From contig JBAZEM010000017.1 in NCBI GenBank assembly GCA_041653875.1, positions 10-64,009 on the forward strand: a stretch of DNA of 64,000 bases. Reading direction: 5' to 3'. Position numbers and translations under genes: made by a program. This stretch comes from Kiritimatiellia bacterium (lineage in GTDB: Bacteria; Verrucomicrobiota; Kiritimatiellia; JAAZAB01). Of this stretch, positions 39,511 to 50,324 are shown piece after piece (the stretch's first letter is position 1; each line of letters opens with the position of its first letter). The notes beneath the pieces were generated by a model. The model was not told where the DNA came from and did not search any database. It saw nothing but the letters and a program-made list of their open reading frames with translations.

Positions 39511-39600
39511 AAATTACCCAAGTATGGGAGTATCAACGTACGGGCGTGTGGGAGTACGGAGAAAACTTTTTACTCCCCTACACCCAAACTCCCATACTCT
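39511..39600. repeat. Hairpin cassette: GGGAGTATGG-word arms between trpD and trpC
   Basis: Arm1 caagtatgggagtatcaacgtacgggcgtgtgggagtacggag; arm2 tactcccctacacccaaactcccatactct. Confidence 0.7.
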
Positions 39601-40604
39601 CAATGGGTGTGCTCGATCAGCGCCTGCAGTTTGGCGGCGGCCTGGCCGCTGTCTATCGCGGTTTTCGCCAGTTCAAAGCCCTGGTCCAGGTCGTCGGCCT
39701 TGCCCCCGGCGACAATGCCGGCGGCCGCATTGAGCAGGACGACATCGCGCGCGGCGCCGGCTTCACCCGCCAGCACGCGGCGCGCGATGGACGCATTCGC
39801 TTCCGGAAGACCGCCCCGCAGGGAATCCGGAGAATGATAGGCGCCGATGAGCGGGAGCGGGTCCAACTCGTAAGTGCGCAGGCGGCCGTCGCGCAGTTCC
39901 GTGACGCGCGTCGTCGTGGTGACGGTGATTTCGTCCAAACCGTCCCGGCCGTGCACAATGAAAGCCCGTTTACTGCCCAGCTCGCGCAGGACGGCGGCGA
40001 AACTTTCGGTCAGTTCCGGCGCAAACACGCCCAGGATTTGCCCGCGGGCGTTGGCCGGGTTGGTCAACGGTCCCAGCATGTTGAAAATGGTGCGGATGCC
40101 CAATTCGCGGCGCACGGGGGCGGCATGCTTCATGGCCGGATGCAGGCGGGGCGCGTAAAGGAAGCCGATCCCGATAGCGCGGATGCATTCTTCCACGATT
40201 TCCGGCGGCGCCTCGATATTGATGCCCAACGCCGCCAGGACGTCGGCCGAGCCGCACTGACTGGTGACCGCCCGGTTGCCGTGCTTGGCCACCGGCACGC
40301 CTGCCCCGGCCACAACAAGTGCGGCCGTGGTGGAAATGTTAAAGGTGCCCGCGCGGTCGCCGCCTGTGCCGCAGGTATCCACGACCGGCAGGCCGCCAGT
40401 GTCGATCAGCACGGCGTGCCGCCGCATGGCGGAGGCGGCGCCGGTCAATTCCTCCACGGATTCGCCCTTCATGCGCAGGGCGGTCAGGAACGCTCCCGTC
40501 TGTGCGGGCGTGAGCCGGCCGTCCATGAGCCGGTCGAACACCGCCCCGGCTTCGGACGCGGCCAGGTCGTGGCGGTCCATGATTTTTTGAAGAACGTGTT
40601 GCAT
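39600..40604 (-). CDS. trpD: Anthranilate phosphoribosyltransferase
   Basis: GAFLTALRMKGE, VDTCGTGGD, glycosyltransferase family 3 signature. Confidence 0.9.
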   Translation of the reverse strand: MQHVLQKIMDRHDLAASEAGAVFDRLMDGRLTPAQTGAFLTALRMKGESVEELTGAASAMRRHAVLIDTGGLPVVDTCGTGGDRAGTFNISTTAALVVAGAGVPVAKHGNRAVTSQCGSADVLAALGINIEAPPEIVEECIRAIGIGFLYAPRLHPAMKHAAPVRRELGIRTIFNMLGPLTNPANARGQILGVFAPELTESFAAVLRELGSKRAFIVHGRDGLDEITVTTTTRVTELRDGRLRTYELDPLPLIGAYHSPDSLRGGLPEANASIARRVLAGEAGAARDVVLLNAAAGIVAGGKADDLDQGFELAKTAIDSGQAAAKLQALIEHTH

Positions 40605-40709
40605 GTGTCCCTATCCAAGTATGGGAGTATGGGTGTGTGGGCGTATGGGAGTATGGATCAAGTTCTTTACTCCCATACACCGAAACTCCCCTACACCCAT
40701 ACTCTTTGT
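40605..40709. repeat. Hairpin cassette: GGGAGTATGG-word arms between trpG and trpD
   Basis: Arm1 ccaagtatgggagtatgggtgtgtgggcgtatgggagtatgg; arm2 ttactcccatacaccgaaactcccctacacccatactctttg. Confidence 0.7.
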
Positions 40710-40717
40710 CCGATTTA

Positions 40718-41296
40718 TCAATGTTGCCCAGCCGCCAATTCCAGAAAATTGCGGAGCAAGTGCTTGCCGGAGGGCGTCAGAATGGATTCCGGATGAAACT
40801 GGACGCCGTAGGTGGCGTGCCGGTTGTGGCGCAGACCCATGATTTCATCATCCTCGCTGGTGGCCTCGATCGTCAGTTCCGGGGGCAGACCCGTGCGCAT
40901 GACGGCCAGGGAATGATAGCGTCCGGCCACAAAGGGGTTCTTGAGTCCCTGATACAGTCCCTTGCCGGTGTGATGGACGAGCGAGGTTTTGCCGTGCATG
41001 ATGGCCTTGGCGCCGGCCACGCGCGCGCCGAAGGCCGCGCCGATGGCCTGATGGCCCAGGCATACGCCCAGGAGCGGGAGTGTGCCGGACAGCCGGCGGA
41101 TCAATGCCACGGAAATGCCGGCTTTTTCGGGCGTGCAGGGGCCGGGCGAAATTATCACGGCCCGCGGATGCAAAGCGACCACGGCATCCACCGTGATGGC
41201 GTCGTTGCGGAACACCTTGATTTCGGCGCCCAGCGCGCCGAGCGCATGCGCCAGGTTGTAGGTGAACGAATCGTAATTATCGATGAGGACAATCAT
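40718..41296 (-). CDS. trpG: Anthranilate synthase component II (glutamine amidotransferase)
   Basis: MIVLIDNYDSFTYN, GVCLGHQ catalytic Cys, class I GATase triad. Confidence 0.88.
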   Translation of the reverse strand: MIVLIDNYDSFTYNLAHALGALGAEIKVFRNDAITVDAVVALHPRAVIISPGPCTPEKAGISVALIRRLSGTLPLLGVCLGHQAIGAAFGARVAGAKAIMHGKTSLVHHTGKGLYQGLKNPFVAGRYHSLAVMRTGLPPELTIEATSEDDEIMGLRHNRHATYGVQFHPESILTPSGKHLLRNFLELAAGQH

Positions 41297-41300
41297 AAGA

Positions 41301-41851
41301 AATGGTCAATGGTTGATGGTTAATGGTCGATGGAAGAAACTGGCAAAGCGTTGATGGGTTTGGCTTTCCCGTGCGATTGGATTTTGCGTTCAATGCTTGC
41401 GATTAAGTTTCCCAACTGACGAAGGGCGTCGTCATATCCAGCGAACAGCGTTTCGTCGCCGATTGCTAACAGATGCGTGTCTTTGGCATAGTTAAGGTGT
41501 GTCATTGTTTCGCGCGCTTCGCGGCGGCAACGATACAAAGACTGCAAATATTCGGTGCTGTATTGAGAATAAAAACCCTCGGTCATGTTGGCGCACACCG
41601 ATTCCGATGCCCGCAATAATTGGCTCCGTAGCCACTTAAAATCGGACTGGAATGGGCGGCTCATCGTTTCGATCTTCAGTGCCAATTCGTAAAACAATTG
41701 AAAAACAGGCATGTCTTCAACATTTTCAATATGTTTCTTTTCCATGCTGGGCCTCATCGCTCATCGTCCTTGCTTCCATTAACCATAGGCCATTGACCAT
41801 CAATCATTCTTTGTCTTTTCCCTGCTTTCATCAACCATTGACCATCAACCA

Positions 41852-41861
<10 letters not shown>
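41301..41861. repeat. Hairpin cassette: inverted ACCATTGACCATCAACC-word arms enclosing the four-helix-bundle gene between trpE and trpG
   Basis: Arm 41301-41333 aatggtcaatggttgatggttaatggtcgatgg. Two direct copies of the complementary unit at 41776-41809 and 41829-41861. Arms overlap the 3' ends of the four-helix-bundle gene and of trpE. Confidence 0.75.
41320..41757 (-). CDS. Four-helix-bundle protein (23S rRNA intervening-sequence protein family)
   Basis: 145 aa with SRPFQSDFKWLRSQLLRASESVCANMTEG, the hallmark of the TIGR02436 family. Inserted between trpE and trpG and bracketed by inverted ACCATTGACCATCAACC tandem-repeat arms. Confidence 0.75.
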   Translation of the reverse strand: MRPSMEKKHIENVEDMPVFQLFYELALKIETMSRPFQSDFKWLRSQLLRASESVCANMTEGFYSQYSTEYLQSLYRCRREARETMTHLNYAKDTHLLAIGDETLFAGYDDALRQLGNLIASIERKIQSHGKAKPINALPVSSIDH

Positions 41862-43315
<1,454 letters not shown>

Positions 43316-43318
43316 GGT

Positions 43319-43352
43319 GTTTCTATATATAGAAACAACCGGGCGCTGTCAA
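43319..43352 (-). promoter_or_regulatory. Putative trp promoter/operator
   Basis: On the coding strand: TTGACA, then 15 nt, then TATATA. The -10 lies inside the perfect 18-bp palindrome GTTTCTATATATAGAAAC, which ends 3 nt before the trpE ATG. Confidence 0.45.
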
Positions 43353-43384
43353 CAGAAAAAACAAACTTTTTTGGGCGGGAGGCT

Positions 43385-43500
43385 GCGTCTAACACAGGGC
43401 ATCGCAATTTGAATCCGTGTAGAGCCGGTTTTTCCTCCATAGGCGGATCCGCTTTTGACGGAATACCGGCTATTCTGTCATGAAGATAGCCGACGTAAAG
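43385..43500. repeat. Family H element upstream of trpE
   Basis: gtagagccggtt...ggcggatccgc...ccggct...gtcggctctac modules, related to 37795-37855. Confidence 0.55.
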
Positions 43501-43580
43501 TCGGCTCTACCTGAAGCAGTTGCCGTGTGCTGCGTTTTTACATTGCGCCGCCGGCGGGCGCTTCTATACTGGCTTTCGCC

Positions 43581-43868
43581 ATGAGCTGGATTACCGCAAC
43601 CAAAACCGGCGCGATGCTGTCCGTGCATGCCTGTCCGCGCGCCGCGCACGATGCCGTGCAGGGCCTGCACGGGGATGCCGTCAAGATTCGCCTGCGCTCG
43701 CCCCCGGTGGACGGCAAGGCCAACGACGCCTTGATCGCGTTCCTCGGTCGAATCCTGGATGTGCCCGCGCGCGATTTGGTCATTGTGGCCGGCCACAGTT
43801 CGCGCCATAAACGCGTGGCCATCGCCGGGGCAACCGAAGCGGCTGTGCGGGCCAGGCTGGGGCTATAA
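43581..43868 (+). CDS. DUF167 (YggU/UPF0235) family protein
   Basis: PVDGKANDALIAFLGRILDVPARDLVIVAGHSSRHKRV matches the DUF167 core. Confidence 0.65.
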   Translation: MSWITATKTGAMLSVHACPRAAHDAVQGLHGDAVKIRLRSPPVDGKANDALIAFLGRILDVPARDLVIVAGHSSRHKRVAIAGATEAAVRARLGL

Positions 43869-43880
43869 CCCGCAATCGAA

Positions 43881-43947
<67 letters not shown>

Positions 43948-44000
43948 AATAAGAACAAAGAACAATCAGGAACCATGTCGCTTGGTGAAGAAAGGTAATG

Positions 44001-44951
44001 TCAGGCCAGTTCCAGCTCGCTTTTGCAAAGCTCGTAGAACCGGCATTGCCGGCAGGTGTCGATATCGGCGCATAGCTCCCAGTCCTCCTGCGGCAGGGGC
44101 TGGTTTTTGCGGATGTCGCCTTTCACAAGGTATTCGGCCATGCCGGCGACCGAGTTGCGGATCAGCCCGCGGGCATACTCCAGGTCGCTTTCGGCCAAGG
44201 CCATGCTCTGGGTGGCGCCCTTCGAAAGGTATTCCAGGTGCACCTGGATACGCTCCGGGGGCAGGGCGTGTTTGGTGTGGGCCCACAGGCCGTAAATGGC
44301 CATCTGGTCGCGGTGCGCCGGTTTCTCGCTCCCCGCCTTCCAATCGTGGATGTGCAGGAAATCATCCTGGCGATAGGCGTAATCCGGGATGGCATAGACC
44401 TTGATGGACTCGAACGTGAACGATTCCGGGTCGCCGCCATCGGCGTGCGCGATTGACATCTCCTGCTCCGGGCGCACCTTGGCCAGCCGTGGCAGGACCT
44501 GCTCCAGAAAATTGGCCAGGCAGCGCTTGATCTGCTCGATCATGCGCGCGGTCATGTCTGCCTCGGTCGTATGGTGGTGCGCGGGGTAGTAGTGCTCGTG
44601 CAGACAGCAATGTTTTTTTGGATTGGTCTGCCAGAGCTTCTTTTTAGACTCGCTCCAGCATTGATTCAGGTAAGGCTTGGCGGTCGTTTCATAGGCCTGG
44701 ATTGCGGCGACCGCCTTGCCTGCCTGATTCTGCTGCAGCGCCCACATGACGGCGCGTTCCACGGCATTGCCCTGGAGCGTGAACCGGTTTTCCATCTTGC
44801 CCAGCCGGTAAGCCGCGCGCGCCAGGTCCGGCGCCTCCGCTTTCCATCCGCCCCACATGGCATACTTGGCGAGGAACCGCCGCCGCGGGCACTCCTCAAA
44901 GTCCGCCCGCGCGGAAATGGACCAGGAAAAGGTGTTGATCAGTTCGGCCAT
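44001..44951 (-). CDS. Cas4-like PD-(D/E)XK nuclease with Fe-S cysteine cluster (stand-alone)
   Basis: N-terminal SWSISARADFEECPRRRF, IHDWKAG (D-x-K), RDQMAIYGLW (QxxxY), C-terminal CADIDTCRQCRFYELC. No cas genes nearby. Confidence 0.6.
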   Translation of the reverse strand: MAELINTFSWSISARADFEECPRRRFLAKYAMWGGWKAEAPDLARAAYRLGKMENRFTLQGNAVERAVMWALQQNQAGKAVAAIQAYETTAKPYLNQCWSESKKKLWQTNPKKHCCLHEHYYPAHHHTTEADMTARMIEQIKRCLANFLEQVLPRLAKVRPEQEMSIAHADGGDPESFTFESIKVYAIPDYAYRQDDFLHIHDWKAGSEKPAHRDQMAIYGLWAHTKHALPPERIQVHLEYLSKGATQSMALAESDLEYARGLIRNSVAGMAEYLVKGDIRKNQPLPQEDWELCADIDTCRQCRFYELCKSELELA

Positions 44952-45075
44952 ATTATGTATCCGGAATATTTCAAGGTTTGGACTTCAGGCTATAAACTGT
45001 TGCCACATGGAAATCAATGCCAATCTGACAACTCGACGCCGCCCCATTCCTGCTTCAATTCCGTGAGTTTGAAAC

Positions 45076-45723
45076 TCATGCGTTTCTTGCCGCCTGTCGC
45101 GTTTTGTACAGCCGTTCCGTGAAACCGCCCTCTTTTTCAAAGGCCGTCGCCTGTGCCGCCACTTGGCGGTCCAGCAAAGAGCACGCCACCATGATGAGCG
45201 CCAGAGCGCCATTTGCGGCGATTTCCGGATAATCAGGGGAAATGGACCTTGTGGACGGAATGGACTGTTTTGCCTGTCCATTAAGTCCATTTTGTCCATT
45301 CTTCTTCATATCTCTGGCCCACGCCGCCACGGCATCCGCCGTGGCGGGCCGCCTGGCGATTAAATCGGCCCGACGCGGATCGGTCCGATCCCACTGGGGC
45401 AAATTGCGCTGGCGCAGAAAATCTTCATAGTCTCGGCGCAGTTCTTCCAAACTGGCTCTTGCCACATTGGTCAATTTCAGTTCCATCTTCTTTGACGTGC
45501 CCGAGGCCTGGCTGCCTTCGGCAATATTCTGCACCCCCGACCGCGCTGCCTGTACCATCTGGTCGTGGGTGCGGCTACGGCGATCGATGTACTTATCGCA
45601 AAACCGCGCCGTTACATCATAAACCAGTTCCGAAACCTGAAAGCTTTTCAGTTTCCGGTATCCGCCATGCTTCGGAATCAGTGAATCTGGCATTGTCTTG
45701 CCTCCGCGTCCACTCCGTCCCAC
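45076..45723 (-). CDS. Four-helix-bundle protein with C-terminal suffix domain
   Basis: FQVSELVYDVTARFCDKYI...VQNIAEGSQASG four-helix-bundle core; C-terminal GGFTERLYKTRQ resembles the four-helix-bundle suffix domain. Confidence 0.55.
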   Translation of the reverse strand: MGRSGRGGKTMPDSLIPKHGGYRKLKSFQVSELVYDVTARFCDKYIDRRSRTHDQMVQAARSGVQNIAEGSQASGTSKKMELKLTNVARASLEELRRDYEDFLRQRNLPQWDRTDPRRADLIARRPATADAVAAWARDMKKNGQNGLNGQAKQSIPSTRSISPDYPEIAANGALALIMVACSLLDRQVAAQATAFEKEGGFTERLYKTRQAARNA

Positions 45724-45733
45724 GAATTAAAGT

Positions 45734-45973
45734 CTAAAGGCCTGAATCGGACTTGAAAGCCAGTGATTTCCATATCTTAACTGGCAGCACATGGTCGAAT
45801 TGAGGGGGCAGTGCCTTCAGGTACTTCTCTGCCGCCTGCTGAGCATGGAAACACGCTGTATCCAGCGCGCGTCCCGCATCCACACACATTCGCGCATTGG
45901 CAAGGTCGCTATCGCCTTTTCGCCGCTCATCCGCGCGCCAAGTCCTCATTGTTTTTGTGGCAACGTGGAGCAC
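45734..45973 (-). CDS. Short HEPN-like ORF (possibly a remnant)
   Basis: 79 aa containing ACFHAQQAAEKYLKAL, which resembles the HEPN helix; too short for a full domain. Confidence 0.25.
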   Translation of the reverse strand: MLHVATKTMRTWRADERRKGDSDLANARMCVDAGRALDTACFHAQQAAEKYLKALPPQFDHVLPVKIWKSLAFKSDSGL

Positions 45974-45977
45974 GCGA

Positions 45978-46574
45978 TCACCGCTTCCCCGCCAACCGCC
46001 GATTCAGAGTGTCCAGATCGAAACGTTCCGGATCGTAGCCGTCGCCGAGCCATTCCAGAAGTTCCTTTTGCTCATCGGTCTTGTTCGGGGCTTTCAACGC
46101 CTCCAAAATGTCGCCGTACCCCGGAAAACTGCCGCAGTCCTCCGGCGGACAGGCGCGCGCGCCGGCCAAACAGACCGGATACTTCATTTGCGGATCAAAC
46201 GGCAATATCTTTTCGACCACAACCTCATGCAGCCAACTGTCGCCAAAGTCGTACTCGTATATGAACTTTTGCTTTGCCCGCGTGACGACCCGACTCAGGA
46301 ATAAGGTTTTCTCGTTCTCCATGTCCATCTCGCCCATCTCGCATGCCTGTTGGCTGGTGTAATGAACGTCACCGAACCGAAAGGCGTGCAGGTGGCAGTC
46401 CTGCCATCCCATCGCGACCTGAATCGCATCATGCAACTGCCCGAGCGTGTAGTTGTCCGGCAACACAATCCGTCGCCAGATCGGCGGCCGGATATATCTC
46501 AATGCCACCTTGAACTGGATTGCGTTTTCCGCGGGCGGAACCCACATCGTCTTCGGGCCGCATTTTTTTGCCAT
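45978..46574 (-). CDS. Plasmid pRiA4b ORF-3-like family protein
   Basis: FKVALRYIRPPIWRRIVLPDNYTLGQLHDAIQVAMGWQDCHLHAF matches the PF07929 N-terminal signature. Confidence 0.7.
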   Translation of the reverse strand: MAKKCGPKTMWVPPAENAIQFKVALRYIRPPIWRRIVLPDNYTLGQLHDAIQVAMGWQDCHLHAFRFGDVHYTSQQACEMGEMDMENEKTLFLSRVVTRAKQKFIYEYDFGDSWLHEVVVEKILPFDPQMKYPVCLAGARACPPEDCGSFPGYGDILEALKAPNKTDEQKELLEWLGDGYDPERFDLDTLNRRLAGKR

Positions 46575-46695
46575 GAGTTGTTATTTCCTTTTCCATCAGA
46601 GACTTTGCGTAGCTACCGTCGGGGACCGGAACGATCCTGCTACCCACTCTCAAGTGCCTTTTCGCTGGTGTCCGTGTGTAGCCTCCTTCGCCGCA

Positions 46696-48009
46696 CTACG
46701 CCGCCGCTCCAAAGGCGAGGTGCGCGGCGTAGGCGCCTCTTCGCTTTCCGGCCTGCGGATCTTGACCGCGAACCAGTTCGTCGAGTTCAAACAATTTGAC
46801 TGGCCGCATCACCACCTCCGCCTGCGAGACGCCGTCAACCGGTTCTTGCACAACAATAGCCTGCTCACGCGCCGCTGTTTCCATCGTCGGATACAAAATT
46901 ACCGCGCGCCGCATTGGCCCATTCTGTCCAAGAGCATACAGTGCCAATTGATACAGCATATCCCGTGGCAACTCCAGTTTCCACAAATCCCGATACTTCG
47001 CATCCAATACCGCGACGATTTTCCGGTCTCGTCGAACGACAAAATCCGGCTTCTGTGCCGGTGCCTTGCGCTGCTGCGGATTCTTTGCCGGATCGTATTG
47101 AAAGAGCCCCTTGAACCGGCATTCGTCCTCAACCTCACACCCGTCCAGATTCTCCCGAAGGAAACGAGACAAGAGCGTTTGAAAAAACCGGTTCATGTCG
47201 AACAGAAACCCAGGAAGCCGAACACGCTGCACATCCCCATTCATAGAAACGCCTTCGCCCCGCAACAGCAGTTCGATCACAATCAACGCCGGTTCATAAG
47301 CCGTTGTCCGCCGGTCTGTCGCGCGCCAGGCATCCGCAATCACAGCCCCGTTAATCCTTTTCTCCGAGACGCGCGCGGCCAGTATCTTCGCCAACCGCTT
47401 CACCTGGGCGCGCAAGTCCACGTCGCTCGTCACCCGCCCGGCAAACACAAGCCCACCAAGCAGAACCTGATTCAGGAGCGTATCCTCCACTCGTGGATGC
47501 TCAATGTACGGCAGTACCGCTCTTGCTCTACTTCCCACCCGGGCATAACGATTGAAGTCAATCCGCCCGCGAGGCGTCGCCAACTCCGACTGCCGACGCT
47601 CGTAGTCACGATGGATGCCTCGCGCAAGCAACTCTCGCGCCTCTGCTGCCAACTGCTGAACCAACAAGTCCTGAAACGTGAATCGCGTGGCCGCGTACCC
47701 GACCGATTCGTACAGACTTAGATGGCGCAATCCATAGGCATACCGTAACAGGCTCAACAACGGCGACCCGGTCAACTTCGGGTGTATCGTCACCGTGATG
47801 TCGCCCAGACTGAATCGCCCAACAAAGGACGTAGCCCGCAACTCTATTCCCCGTGCTAGTTCCAGAATCTCAACCCTCCCGGCCTTCGTCAGTCGCTCGG
47901 CCAATTGCCGTCCCGCGTCGAAACCCTCCAGCGTCCGTCCCGCGAGAACACTCCCACGTGTCGGTTCCAGCGTTTCCCACTCGCGGAGGCTGACGTCCAC
48001 GATACTCAC
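46696..48009 (-). CDS. mcrC: McrC-like nuclease subunit of McrBC restriction system
   Basis: 437 aa; PD-(D/E)XK block (PDFVV...VLDAKYR) near the C-terminus; 4-nt overlap with upstream mcrB. Confidence 0.75.
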   Translation of the reverse strand: MSIVDVSLREWETLEPTRGSVLAGRTLEGFDAGRQLAERLTKAGRVEILELARGIELRATSFVGRFSLGDITVTIHPKLTGSPLLSLLRYAYGLRHLSLYESVGYAATRFTFQDLLVQQLAAEARELLARGIHRDYERRQSELATPRGRIDFNRYARVGSRARAVLPYIEHPRVEDTLLNQVLLGGLVFAGRVTSDVDLRAQVKRLAKILAARVSEKRINGAVIADAWRATDRRTTAYEPALIVIELLLRGEGVSMNGDVQRVRLPGFLFDMNRFFQTLLSRFLRENLDGCEVEDECRFKGLFQYDPAKNPQQRKAPAQKPDFVVRRDRKIVAVLDAKYRDLWKLELPRDMLYQLALYALGQNGPMRRAVILYPTMETAAREQAIVVQEPVDGVSQAEVVMRPVKLFELDELVRGQDPQAGKRRGAYAAHLAFGAAA

Positions 48010-50324
48010 GTCTCGTCTCCCTTCACTTCCGGTTCCTCCGGCTCCTCTGCCGTCTCGACCACGGCTGGCGCGTCAAGGGAGGTCACAATCTCGGGCGAGG
48101 GCGCCAGTAATGCCTGCACCAACTCTTCGCGCCTCGTCGGCACGAACAGTTCCTCACGAATGCGCTGCCGCGCCTCGTCCACCAAACCCGCCCCCAGGAT
48201 CTGCGTCAGCGCCTCATAATCTTCATAACAGTACTCCTCAACCAGTGGAATGATGTCGTCGGCCAGAATCCGCACGAAACGGGCGTAGTCCGTGACCGGC
48301 TTCCCACCCTCAAGTAGATACGCATGACCGATCTGGAGATTCCGTCCGTCGCGCCCAAGATGCGCGCGGATGCGCTCGTTCACCGCGCTCAACCACGGCC
48401 CCAACGGAATATCTCCACCCACCGAGGCGTTCCCGAACACCCTTACATCGGGCATCAACTCCACAAATCCAAACCGGCGCCGCAACGCCGTGTCGAGTAG
48501 TGCAATCGAACGATCCGCCGTGTTCATCGTTCCCACAACATAGAGGTTTGCGGGAACCACGAACGGCTTACCACTCAAAGGCAGGATCACCGATTGTCCG
48601 CGCTTATCCAGTTCTATGAGTGTCAGCAACTCCCCGAAGATTCGCGGGATGTCTCCCCGATTGATCTCGTCAATCAACAGGACGTATTTCTCTGCCTTGC
48701 CGCGCGCATCCTCACAGATCGCTTGGAATATTCCTCGTTCCAGCGTAAAGCCCAACTGCCCCGCCATGTTCTTAGGCCGGTATCCTTCGATGAAGTCCTC
48801 ATACCCGTAGGCCGGATGGAAAGTGCAACAGCGCACCAGGCCCGCAACCGCGTCAGTCCCAACAACCTTCGTCTTATCCTCGGTGCTCAGATCACTGAAC
48901 AGTTGCCCGTATGCGCCCAATGCTGCCAGATCGAAAGCCGTTTGTCTGCCCCAGTAGGTCTTCCCGGTCCCAGGTGGCCCGTAGAGAACAGCTTGTCCCT
49001 TCCGTTCCAGAATCGCCTGCACCCGACCAGGAATGCCCGCCAACCGCTGGACACCTACAAGAGGCACAACTGCCGGCTTGACCACCGTGGCGGGCGGTGG
49101 CGCCACAACTCCATCCAACAGCCGTCGTTCGATCTCCATCAAGTTCTCCACGTGCTTCTTCAAAGGAAAGACCGTAGTCCGCAATCCCTCACTCACCGGC
49201 ATCTTCCATTCGGCCGTGGAGACCCAAGTCACGTTCCGCCGGTGTGGGGCACCTGTCGGTGCTGTGTTTTCGAACCGATAGGGTCCCATCACACGCCCGA
49301 GTGCCAACACCGTCTCGCCATCCGCCGCCACCGCGATGTCGCCGTTCCCCTCGCTGATTTCCATCAGGAAGTTTTGAATCTCGCCCGCCTTTCGTGTAAC
49401 GACCCTCGGATCCCCAGGGTAGTGCTGCTCCAGCAACTTCCGAATTTCCCCTTTGACGTCCTCCGCCACCCTAAGCTCGGATAGGTCGCCAAGTTTCTCC
49501 CATCCAATCGCCACATAGGGACCATTCCGCATGTCCTGCCAGATGCTTTCCGTCTCGCCCAGACGCGTCCCAATACGCCAGTATCGGATAGGCGGCCCAT
49601 TTCGTTCATTCAAAACCGCCGTCAGTTGGTTCACTTGCCAGCCAAACAGCGTGGCCAATTTCAAGAACCGCCCCGCACACACATACAAACCATCCTCTTC
49701 GGGCGGCTTCTGCAGGAGTTTCACAAGGTGGAACCGCTGATATTTCGCATTGTGGTAGTCGTCCAGTTTCTCCGGGAAGAGAAGACTGAAGTACTTGTGC
49801 GCCCACGCCAAGTTACAGAGATCGGGCGCTACCCGGCCCAATTCGTCCTGCAACCCACGGTACGCCGCGTCATCTGCACCAATCGCCAGTTTCTCAAGCA
49901 CCGCCACGCCGGCAAGTAGTTGATCCCGATGCTTCCGGGCAATCGCCACTGCCTGGGCCTCGTCGATGTTCTCTTCCTTTCGCGCACCGCCTGTGACCCA
50001 CTGCCCAGTTTCCTTCCGCTTGAACAAGCCGAACTTGTGAGCACTCCCGCCGGAGATGCTTCCAAATGCCTGCCCAGGGAAATCATCGTCGTTCTTGAAC
50101 TCAAGCCAATAGACCAGACTGTCCTTGTTCCCGCGACTGTGCATAGTCTGGAGCAACGCGTCGCCATCCAATGCCTTCAGTTTGTCCGGCCCGAAACGGT
50201 CCCGAAATGCCGCATAGAACGCCCGAATACGGTCAACCGACAGCAGTTCACCGCGCCGCGCAATCGCCTCATGCGCCGCACGCACCTCTTGCTCAATACG
50301 AGAATCAAGCGTTATATCACTCAT
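48006..50324 (-). CDS. mcrB: McrB-family AAA+ GTPase with long unclassified N-terminal domain
   Basis: VLYGPPGTGKTY Walker A; McrB signature GTMNTADRSIALLDTALRRRF. About 400-aa N-terminus ends in an EVE/PUA-like segment (IRYWRIGT...YVAIGW). Strong SD AAGGAGG. Confidence 0.8.
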   Translation of the reverse strand: MSDITLDSRIEQEVRAAHEAIARRGELLSVDRIRAFYAAFRDRFGPDKLKALDGDALLQTMHSRGNKDSLVYWLEFKNDDDFPGQAFGSISGGSAHKFGLFKRKETGQWVTGGARKEENIDEAQAVAIARKHRDQLLAGVAVLEKLAIGADDAAYRGLQDELGRVAPDLCNLAWAHKYFSLLFPEKLDDYHNAKYQRFHLVKLLQKPPEEDGLYVCAGRFLKLATLFGWQVNQLTAVLNERNGPPIRYWRIGTRLGETESIWQDMRNGPYVAIGWEKLGDLSELRVAEDVKGEIRKLLEQHYPGDPRVVTRKAGEIQNFLMEISEGNGDIAVAADGETVLALGRVMGPYRFENTAPTGAPHRRNVTWVSTAEWKMPVSEGLRTTVFPLKKHVENLMEIERRLLDGVVAPPPATVVKPAVVPLVGVQRLAGIPGRVQAILERKGQAVLYGPPGTGKTYWGRQTAFDLAALGAYGQLFSDLSTEDKTKVVGTDAVAGLVRCCTFHPAYGYEDFIEGYRPKNMAGQLGFTLERGIFQAICEDARGKAEKYVLLIDEINRGDIPRIFGELLTLIELDKRGQSVILPLSGKPFVVPANLYVVGTMNTADRSIALLDTALRRRFGFVELMPDVRVFGNASVGGDIPLGPWLSAVNERIRAHLGRDGRNLQIGHAYLLEGGKPVTDYARFVRILADDIIPLVEEYCYEDYEALTQILGAGLVDEARQRIREELFVPTRREELVQALLAPSPEIVTSLDAPAVVETAEEPEEPEVKGDET

